The notes below the pieces were generated by a model. It searched no databases. It saw only the letters and a list, made by a program, of their open reading frames with translations, and had not been told where the DNA came from. From an uncultured Caldilineales bacterium (GTDB lineage: Bacteria; Chloroflexota; Anaerolineae; J102), in NCBI GenBank assembly GCA_964535455.1, contig CAZHTZ010000002.1, positions 1 to 55,119 on the forward strand: DNA of 55,119 nucleotides. Direction: 5' to 3'. Of the stretch, positions 28,852 to 36,587 are shown piece by piece. The stretch's first letter is position 1; each line of letters opens with the position of its first letter. The translations under genes were made by a program, and so were the position numbers.

Positions 28852-31185
28852 TTAGGACGGCTCCAGGGAAAACGGGAGTTTCACGCGCACGGCATTGCCG
28901 GTGCGGAGTGTCAGCACCATCCCAACGAGACCGGACGCCTCCGTTTCAACGTCCTGAGCGGTCACAGGCAGGCCGGCTGGCAGTTCCCCCGTCGCCGGTG
29001 GTTGGCGGGTGAGCATGACACACGGCACCACAACCTCCTCCAAAGCTACGCCTCCATGGTAGCCGCGACGCGGGTTCTGGCCGAAGTAAGCGCCACTGGT
29101 TGCCAGCAGCGCCACACGTTGGCCGTCCTGGACGCGCACGATGTTGGCGTCGCTGGAGGCCACCGCATCTTCGGGCAGCAGCCCGCCAGAAGCAAGCGGG
29201 GCAAAGCGTTCCCCACCCCCCGGCACCTGGGGGCCCCGGCGCAGTTTCTTGTCGCGGTGCCAGGTATGGCCATGGTCCGCCGTTATCAGCACCGCCCAGT
29301 CGGCCTGCAATGCAGTCTGAACGGCGCGGTTAAGAGGGTCGAGATCCTGCAGTTCAGGCAACTTGACGTTCGTCGTGCTGTTCTTGAGGTCGTCATCGAT
29401 GGCGTTGATGATGAGCGCGATACAGTCCAACGACGCAAACTGCAGCTCCTGTAACAGCTGCTCCGGTTCGAGATTGCCCTTGCTGTAGAGGTGCACCTTT
29501 CGTCCGTGTAACGCCTTGGCCAGCGCCTGGACCTCACCGGTGCGGGCTTTCTGCTCATACGTCTCGTCGTCGTCGAGCCGGTCTGTAGGCATGTTGTCCA
29601 GAAATAGGGCGCGACGCGAGACAGAGGTGACCGACGGAAGCAGAGCAAGAGCACTGCGCACGTGGGCAGGATACGCAGGGGTCTTGGCGCTGGCCCACTG
29701 TCGCATCATGTACCAGAAGTCGGGATAGCTCATGCCATCCACAACGATCAGAAGTACCCTTCGTCCCTCCTCCAAGAGGGGACGCACGATCCAACGCAGG
29801 ATATGGTGGACGCCAAAAGCGCCATCGTGATAGTGCAGGGAGGTTTCATAACTGGCGAGATAGCGCGTGGCAAAGGCCCGGTTGAGTCCGTTGCGCCAAT
29901 CCCAGTGGTCCTTGAGCACCTGGCTGATGGCAGCTCTCAGTCCCGCACCCTGGCCGTGGTAGCGCATCAGCTCAAGAGCGGCAAGATCGAGCACTGAGCC
30001 ATATTGGGCATACCAGCCAGCCCACGCTGAGACTGCGCCTTGGTCCGGAGCCTTGCGCAGCAAGGCGACTGCGTCGGCCTGCTGCCGGCGCCCACTCACC
30101 GCCGTCGTCAACGTCTCCAGTACGTCCAGGCGGTCCACATAGTCCCCGGCAAAGAGATGACCACGCATCTGTTGAAGTCGTTCCGGGGGTGGGAGATGTC
30201 CTGCCGCAACGCCCTCTGCCAGGCGGTCGATCTCGGCGACAAGAGTCGTCGGAAACCAGCGCACGTAGCTGCCAGGCGGCAGGACAGCGACCAGATCGCG
30301 CTCGGCATCCTCGACGACGGCGCGCATCTGCGGCCGCGGAAGCAGTTCCAGCGCGGCGACGGCCAGGTCCATCACGCCGGACATGGCTTCGGCTTCCGGA
30401 ATCTGTCGTGCGCCGACCAACTTCGCACGCAAGGAGGTGAGGCTACCCCAGTTCGGCGCCAGACGAACATCACGTTCGGCAGCCATCATCAGTCCCGTGC
30501 GCACCAGTGTTGCAGCGCGGCCTGCTTCTTCAGAAGCCCAGACCAACGTGTCGGCATGTAGTGGTAACGCAGCGCGCAGATGGGCCTCCAGGATGGCAAG
30601 CTCCAAGGCGCTGGGAGGGGAACCCCCGTGCAACTGGGCCACGATCAGGTCGGCCAGGAGCTGCGGCGAAGTACGCCCAAGGAGTGTGATGCCAAACGCG
30701 GCCTTCAGGAGAAGAGCCTCCAGGTCATTGTGCGAGATGGCCCAGTTGAGGGCGCCGGCCTGCACAACCTGTCGTACGAGGAAGTCAAGATGGCGCTCCA
30801 CGGTAGTGCGCCATTCCGAGTGATCCACTTCGGGAGGCCACTCACGCCCCGTCAGGGCCTGAAGATAGGCGCGCAACCCCAGGCGGAAAACGGTCCTCCC
30901 GTGCAAGCGGGCGCGAACGTCCAGCGGCGCCTGTGCCGTGACGCCGCTCGCCAGTAACCAGATCACGCGACCGCCGGGAGCCTGACAAAGGGCGCGGCGC
31001 AGGACCAGCTCGGAGTCCGTCAGCACTTGCCACCAGATGGCGCCCTGGAAGGTGACGGGGGTGACCGCATCCGTGATCGGCGGTGTATGCTGCCCCCAAT
31101 CCACTTCCAGAGCCAACACCCCGGCCACCGGCTCACCGATGCCGCCCAGATAGTGTTGCAGGGCTGAACTCAGCGTGTCAGCCAT
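28852..31185 (-). CDS. pglZ: PglZ-domain (alkaline-phosphatase-fold) BREX protein
   Basis: ...RVLLIVVDGMSYPDFWYMM...LITADHGHTWH... has a PglZ/alkaline-phosphatase-like core. Its ATG overlaps the stop of the upstream ATPase gene by 8 nt. Confidence 0.8.
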   Translation of the reverse strand: MADTLSSALQHYLGGIGEPVAGVLALEVDWGQHTPPITDAVTPVTFQGAIWWQVLTDSELVLRRALCQAPGGRVIWLLASGVTAQAPLDVRARLHGRTVFRLGLRAYLQALTGREWPPEVDHSEWRTTVERHLDFLVRQVVQAGALNWAISHNDLEALLLKAAFGITLLGRTSPQLLADLIVAQLHGGSPPSALELAILEAHLRAALPLHADTLVWASEEAGRAATLVRTGLMMAAERDVRLAPNWGSLTSLRAKLVGARQIPEAEAMSGVMDLAVAALELLPRPQMRAVVEDAERDLVAVLPPGSYVRWFPTTLVAEIDRLAEGVAAGHLPPPERLQQMRGHLFAGDYVDRLDVLETLTTAVSGRRQQADAVALLRKAPDQGAVSAWAGWYAQYGSVLDLAALELMRYHGQGAGLRAAISQVLKDHWDWRNGLNRAFATRYLASYETSLHYHDGAFGVHHILRWIVRPLLEEGRRVLLIVVDGMSYPDFWYMMRQWASAKTPAYPAHVRSALALLPSVTSVSRRALFLDNMPTDRLDDDETYEQKARTGEVQALAKALHGRKVHLYSKGNLEPEQLLQELQFASLDCIALIINAIDDDLKNSTTNVKLPELQDLDPLNRAVQTALQADWAVLITADHGHTWHRDKKLRRGPQVPGGGERFAPLASGGLLPEDAVASSDANIVRVQDGQRVALLATSGAYFGQNPRRGYHGGVALEEVVVPCVMLTRQPPATGELPAGLPVTAQDVETEASGLVGMVLTLRTGNAVRVKLPFSLEPS

Positions 31186-34100
31186 CGCCGCGCACCTGCG
31201 TGATCTCGATGCGAACCACGATATCCGATTTCGCCTCGTCGATTGCTACCCCGTCTTGCTCCAGGAGCGAGGCTATGGCGCTTCCCCACGTTTCTGCGTT
31301 CAGTTCACTGGTCTTGTCGTCGATGTCGATCTGGACTGACTTCACCCGTAAGGAGCTTCGGACCTCGCGCAGCGCCTTTCCATCGGGCTCAGGGACGTAC
31401 CGCTGCGGGTCGCGTGATATGCCAGGCGCCTTCAGGGCGGCGTCGATGATTTTGTTGGCGCTCACCCGCCAGGTAGCAACGTGGCTGGCAAGGTCGGCCT
31501 TGGCAGCGGGAGACGCCAAGAAACTGGCAAGTTCGCTGAGGGCGGAGGCAGCGTCAGGGCTGCCGCCAGAGGCCAGAGTGGCGATGCGCCCGATCGTGTC
31601 GGTGGCCAGATTCTCAAGGATGGCCTTGGTAGCCTGCCGTTGGCTGATCCCATGGATGGCTGTGTCACGGGTAACAGTGTCACTTGTGACGGCGGTGGTC
31701 GGAGCCCAGGTCAACAGGGAACGCAGGCCCTCGTAAGCATCCAAATCGCTCTTGAGCGCAAGCGCGTTTAGATCCAGAGCCGCATCCAGCTCAACAAGGC
31801 GAGCTGCGCCTGTTGTGGCGCCGACCATCGTGAGAGCTTCCATCAAACGCTTGTGGGCGGCCTGCAAGTCGGATCGAGCAGTGTTGGCCGCGGCGTTGAG
31901 TTGCCGCCAAAGTTGATCTTGGGCTGCCACCGTCAACTCCACTGCTGGTGGCGTCACCTGCCATGCCACTTTCGCCAGCTCCCTGACATTCGCCCATTCG
32001 TGCGCCTGCAGTCGTTCCCCCCGCTCCAAGATGAGGCCGTCGAGCCTTCCATAATCCAGATCGGCGATGGGCACACCATTGCGCAGGGCGCGGTAGCCTC
32101 GACCGCGGATCAGGTAGAGAAGGAAGGTGTCGCTGAGATCGCGGTTGAACCCGAATGCTTCCGTCAGGCCCCGCCGCACCTTGTCCGCCTCAACGCGTTT
32201 GCCGACCGCCAGTTCCTCCAGCTTGCTGAGATAGCGCGATTGCAGGCGCAGGGTCCAGTTGGCCGCGCCCTTCTCGGCCAGTTCCAACGGTTCACCCAGT
32301 CGATCCAGCAAGATATCCAGATCGGTATTGCGGGGCCTGGCGCCGCCGCCCAGGGCTGCCGGCACCAGGAATTCATCCAACAGCCGGCGCAGCGCCCGCT
32401 GGTTGGCTTCGGTAGCGAAGCGGGGGTGAAACGGGTAGAGGCGGTCGCAGACGGCATCGGCGATCCGATCCAGGACACCGCCCACCGTCTCAGCATCCAT
32501 TGACGGCGTGATGGCGGGGTCAAGGAAACGCACCTCGGCGCCTTGGCCGCGGTAGACCTCCTCCAGGCGCTTGCGCAGCGCAGTGGCCTTGCTGCCTTTC
32601 TGGCCGATGAGCTTGCTTTCCAGGGCCTGGCGCTGGCTGCGACCATAGTCCTCCAGATATAAGTCGGGGTTGCCCTCGATTTCGAGCAACCTGGCGTACT
32701 CGTCCAGGTCGCGCTGATCGTCGGGTGAGAACTCCGCCGGCAGCCAGAACCCGATGGGAACGCGTGGCAAACGGTCGCCCGCGCGCTGAATCGTCTGCTG
32801 GTCGTCGGCGCGGGTGTGTCCGGCATCGGCATCGAAAGGGTAGTCCACGAAGAGCGTGAATTCGTCGCCGTTATCGATCTTCATGTCGTTGATCGGGAGA
32901 TCGGCGACGTTGGCGAAGCGAACGCGGCCGCGACGGCGACAACCACGCCAGACTCGCTCGTAGTTTGGGATCTCGGCGTTCTGGATAGGACACTCCATCA
33001 CCTGTCTCATCAGGCCGACAAAGGCGTCCAGGCGTTGGCGCCAGTTGACCTGGACGCGTTTGAGGACGTCGAAAAGCTGCGCGCCCTCGGCCAGGGTGAT
33101 ACTGACAACGCCCAGGGCGGGGTTGGTGGGGTTGAGTGTGAAGAGCACCAGCTCGCTGCGATTGTCTAGGTCGGCTAGGATCTGGGCAAGGGCCTGATAG
33201 GAGCCGAAGGGTGTGCGGCCGCGCAGATCCTGGTAGTTGAGATGCAGGATGCGCTCCACGGTCACGGCGTCGCGCATGGTCTTGGACAGGCCGCATAGGA
33301 GCACCGTCTTGACGATCAGTTCCGAACGACGCGCCTGTTCGCTGTCACCGTACAGTTCCACGATGATGGGCTGCAGCCGCCCGTAGTAGGTCTGGCGCAC
33401 AGCCTCCAACTCAGCATTGCGCGACCCGCCGGTCAGACCATCGGGCAAGAAGACAGCGTCGAATAGAGAGGCGTAGGGGACCAGACTACCGATAGGCAGG
33501 TCAGGATGCCGGATAATCAAGAGCTCATACAGCAGGCGGATAGCGGCGCGCTCGCGGCTGAGACGGGCGCTGACATCGATCAAGGTGCGGATCAGGGCCG
33601 GGTGGAAGGGGTAGACCTGCCTGAAAGCGTTGGGCGTGAAGTCATTGAGCAGGGTGGCGCGTACCTCGGGAGAAAGCCCATCCAGCGTCGTGCTGATCGT
33701 CTGAGCTAAGGGGGACGCCATGCCCTGACGAACTCGCAGGACACGCTCCTGGACGATGGGCGCCAGTTCGGTGTCGGCCAGCTCGGTGGTCTCGGGGAAG
33801 CGATCCTTGTGATGCTCCAGCGCTTCAAACACTTGCTGCTGGCTGGAGTCATCGGGCACCGTCTCGGCAATGTTGCGCTGTTTGGCAACAATGACCCAGA
33901 GCGGAACTGCACGGTCAAGAGCGGAGTTGTCAGCCAGCGCCACCAGGTCGTTGAACTCTTCCTGATAGGCGCGCCCACTCTTCCCTGTGAGGTAGAGAAT
34001 CAACTCGTCCACCAGGAAGACGATGCCGGCGAAGCCCTGGTCCTTCGCATGGCGAGAAAGCGCTGCCATGCCGTCAGAGAATTTGTCAGGGTAGAGCGCG

Positions 34101-34759
34101 GTGCGTTCGGCGCGGCCAGCACCGCCGTAGGTCAAGATCTCAGCAGCCAGCTCATCACGTTCCTCCTGCGACCCAGCAGCCATGTGGTCGAAACGTCGAC
34201 GCGCGAGTCCGGTTGACCCTTCGAACCGGGTGTAGACTACCTCGCCGTAACGATCAGCATCTGCGCGCAACGATGCAATGACCTTGTCGGCATCGCTGAA
34301 CTCGCAAGGTGGATACCCCATCCGCATCAGTTGTGCATTAGCGGCGTTGTAGCAGGCAGATTGGAAACCGCTCTGCCCCAACATATACACCGGCACCACG
34401 AGGATGGGGCGAGCGGTCAACGTGTCACGATGTTCCGCGGCCACCGCCTGGATGGCCGGGTGGTCCGTCGTCCAGATGGCCGGGTGGCCGCGGAGGATGA
34501 GGCCAAGAATCGCCATGAAGTGCGACTTGCCGGAACCGAAAGAGCCGTGCAGGTAGTGCCCTTCGCCCGCCTCATGGCGATCGCAACTGGCGACAATCCG
34601 ATCCACCAGCCGCGCCATCTCAGCGGCCATCCGCTCGGTCAGAACGTAGTCGCGGATGTTCTCCGCCAGCGTGTGCTCGTCATCGAAATCTTGAATCTTG
34701 ACGATGCAGCTCGGAATGGCTTGGGGTAGATCAAAGACGTCAAGAATGGTAAGATTCAT
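31178..34759 (-). CDS. pglY: PglY/BrxC-like large P-loop ATPase (DUF499-type)
   Basis: 1193 aa. The N-terminus ...IRDYVLTERMAAEMARLVDRI...GHYLHGSFGSGKSHFMAILGLIL follows the BrxC/PglY pattern. It lies directly upstream of pglZ. Confidence 0.8.
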   Translation of the reverse strand: MNLTILDVFDLPQAIPSCIVKIQDFDDEHTLAENIRDYVLTERMAAEMARLVDRIVASCDRHEAGEGHYLHGSFGSGKSHFMAILGLILRGHPAIWTTDHPAIQAVAAEHRDTLTARPILVVPVYMLGQSGFQSACYNAANAQLMRMGYPPCEFSDADKVIASLRADADRYGEVVYTRFEGSTGLARRRFDHMAAGSQEERDELAAEILTYGGAGRAERTALYPDKFSDGMAALSRHAKDQGFAGIVFLVDELILYLTGKSGRAYQEEFNDLVALADNSALDRAVPLWVIVAKQRNIAETVPDDSSQQQVFEALEHHKDRFPETTELADTELAPIVQERVLRVRQGMASPLAQTISTTLDGLSPEVRATLLNDFTPNAFRQVYPFHPALIRTLIDVSARLSRERAAIRLLYELLIIRHPDLPIGSLVPYASLFDAVFLPDGLTGGSRNAELEAVRQTYYGRLQPIIVELYGDSEQARRSELIVKTVLLCGLSKTMRDAVTVERILHLNYQDLRGRTPFGSYQALAQILADLDNRSELVLFTLNPTNPALGVVSITLAEGAQLFDVLKRVQVNWRQRLDAFVGLMRQVMECPIQNAEIPNYERVWRGCRRRGRVRFANVADLPINDMKIDNGDEFTLFVDYPFDADAGHTRADDQQTIQRAGDRLPRVPIGFWLPAEFSPDDQRDLDEYARLLEIEGNPDLYLEDYGRSQRQALESKLIGQKGSKATALRKRLEEVYRGQGAEVRFLDPAITPSMDAETVGGVLDRIADAVCDRLYPFHPRFATEANQRALRRLLDEFLVPAALGGGARPRNTDLDILLDRLGEPLELAEKGAANWTLRLQSRYLSKLEELAVGKRVEADKVRRGLTEAFGFNRDLSDTFLLYLIRGRGYRALRNGVPIADLDYGRLDGLILERGERLQAHEWANVRELAKVAWQVTPPAVELTVAAQDQLWRQLNAAANTARSDLQAAHKRLMEALTMVGATTGAARLVELDAALDLNALALKSDLDAYEGLRSLLTWAPTTAVTSDTVTRDTAIHGISQRQATKAILENLATDTIGRIATLASGGSPDAASALSELASFLASPAAKADLASHVATWRVSANKIIDAALKAPGISRDPQRYVPEPDGKALREVRSSLRVKSVQIDIDDKTSELNAETWGSAIASLLEQDGVAIDEAKSDIVVRIEITQVRGDG

Positions 34760-34825
34760 AGTTGCGTCACCCCGACAATAGTGAATCCGAAGGCTACCTG
34801 AATTGCACGGATCATAGCGTTAGCG

Positions 34826-36544
34826 CTACCTTCGTTTGATATCGATGAAGAGCCGGCTTTGATCACACTCCGCCTGGCTTCTGATGTCGACCATAACAAG
34901 AACGAATGAGCCGCGAGAAAGCTGTATATTGTAGTCGCGGGTGGTATCGGTATTGTTCCCAGCCGAAATGGAAAAGTCACCAAGTGAAGATGGTGCTCCC
35001 CCTGCCTGGCCAACATATGTTCCGACCCAGATCCCGTCACCGCAAGAGGTATCGACCTTGTGCGCGCGGACTTGGATGGTGACAGCACCATCGTAGGTAC
35101 TGTCCCAGCGATAGGCCACGCGACCTGCCTGCCCTGGATGCACGTTCCCATTCTCACAGATGCGTACGTAGTCCTCAATAGGCGACCGATAGCAGTCAAT
35201 TCCGTTATAGGGCACCCGTCTGTCAAAGGCTGCGAAATGGCCCGAGTTCCGCCCCTGTTCAAGTTGATAGGTCCAACCATTCTCCCCTTGATTCAGAAGA
35301 GCACCGCGATTTGTTGCAATGGCCTGTGGTGGCGCCGGCGTGGAAGTTGGCGGGATCGGGGGGCGTGCGATCTTGGCTACGCAGTCGGTGCAGCCGCTTT
35401 CGTCAACATACTCGGAATGGACCCAACCTGAGGGATTGGCGATCTTCCACCACATGGTACCGTCTGAGGCGGTATTCCATCCCACGATTGTGACGACAAC
35501 CCCTTGTGAAAGGGTGGCAATTAGGGGCTGATATTCAACGCCAGGGCCCGATCGAACACGCAGATTGTCGCTGGCAACACGTCCTGTGGCTGGCTGTGTT
35601 CGATTGGCCTCCTCAGTGGCTGTCGCCCATTTGCTGAGCTGTGCCACAGCTGTGCTCGTTGCCAGCACCTGAATCGTTGCCTCGGCTGATACCGTGGCTT
35701 GTCGGCTGACTTCTGCGAGTGCGGTTCTTGTCGCTTCAGAACTACGCAGTGCGTCCGCCGTAGCCCTTGCTTGGCTGGTCTCTAAGGCGACTGCAGTGCT
35801 CGTTGCCGATTGGTTCCCTTGTGCTTCCACGGTAGTTGCGGCCTGGATGGTCTGTTCAGCCATCACGGTGTTGGTTGCCGATTCGTTCCGATATGCCACA
35901 TCTGTGGCTTCTTTGTCTTGGAGTGCAGCAGCGGTGGCCGTCAGACGCTGGACTTGTGCCGCGCTCGCAGTAGCCGTTCCGTGCTCACGTGCAACTACCT
36001 GCGCGGTGGCGGTGACCTGTTGGCTCATTACTGCGGCAGCTGTGCTTGTTGCCCGCTCAGACTGGGCAGCCAGAGCAACTTCCGTTGACCGTTGTGTGCG
36101 GAATGTATCCCACTGATTCACTCCTGCACGAGCCAAGAACACCAATGAGGCAAATGTCACCAGGATGGCAACGGCCATGACTGAGCGACTGATAAGGAGC
36201 TGATACTGGTAGATGGACTTACCAGGGCCGTGCAAAAGAGGCGCATTGACATGACTTCCGCACCTGGCACAGTACTGCTCAAAGACCCAAAGGTTACTGC
36301 CGCACTCTGGACAGAGCCTTCTCGGTATGCCACTAACCTGCGGATGAAGTGAGTTCACGGCTCCGCGCAAGAATGCCAGGGAGTAGTTCGTATGCCCTGT
36401 GCACTTTGACTTCAGACACCTCTTGCCAATCTCCGTCCAACAAGACCAATGATACGCGCGGCGACACTGCGGACAGAAAACAACGCTATCCGAATCGTTG
36501 ATTGTCTTACCACATTTTGGACACGGGAGTTGATGCTTGCTCAT
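34826..36544 (-). CDS. Hypothetical: RING-like Zn finger + zinc ribbon + TM helix + ATxTA-type degenerate repeats + SH3b + C-terminal beta-rich domain
   Basis: aa 8-48: CPKCG...CPQCRRAYHWSCW...GKRCLKSKC. aa 78-96: CPECG...CARCG. aa 116-138 is hydrophobic. aa ~150-320 holds about 13 [ES]ATxTA-like repeats. aa ~322-380: LRVRSGPGVEYQPL...GWVHSEYV is SH3b-like. Confidence 0.7.
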   Translation of the reverse strand: MSKHQLPCPKCGKTINDSDSVVFCPQCRRAYHWSCWTEIGKRCLKSKCTGHTNYSLAFLRGAVNSLHPQVSGIPRRLCPECGSNLWVFEQYCARCGSHVNAPLLHGPGKSIYQYQLLISRSVMAVAILVTFASLVFLARAGVNQWDTFRTQRSTEVALAAQSERATSTAAAVMSQQVTATAQVVAREHGTATASAAQVQRLTATAAALQDKEATDVAYRNESATNTVMAEQTIQAATTVEAQGNQSATSTAVALETSQARATADALRSSEATRTALAEVSRQATVSAEATIQVLATSTAVAQLSKWATATEEANRTQPATGRVASDNLRVRSGPGVEYQPLIATLSQGVVVTIVGWNTASDGTMWWKIANPSGWVHSEYVDESGCTDCVAKIARPPIPPTSTPAPPQAIATNRGALLNQGENGWTYQLEQGRNSGHFAAFDRRVPYNGIDCYRSPIEDYVRICENGNVHPGQAGRVAYRWDSTYDGAVTIQVRAHKVDTSCGDGIWVGTYVGQAGGAPSSLGDFSISAGNNTDTTRDYNIQLSRGSFVLVMVDIRSQAECDQSRLFIDIKRR

Positions 36545-36587
36545 CGTCGTGTTGCCTTGCCTGGCAAAATGACAGACCCAGACCCTA

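Noticed and set aside
35694-36116. 140-aa plus-strand ORF antisense to the repeat region of the 572-aa gene
   Set aside because: The frame is kept open by the periodic GCx/ACx codon repeats of the sense gene. Its translation (AVLVA.., SASAV..) simply mirrors the repeats.
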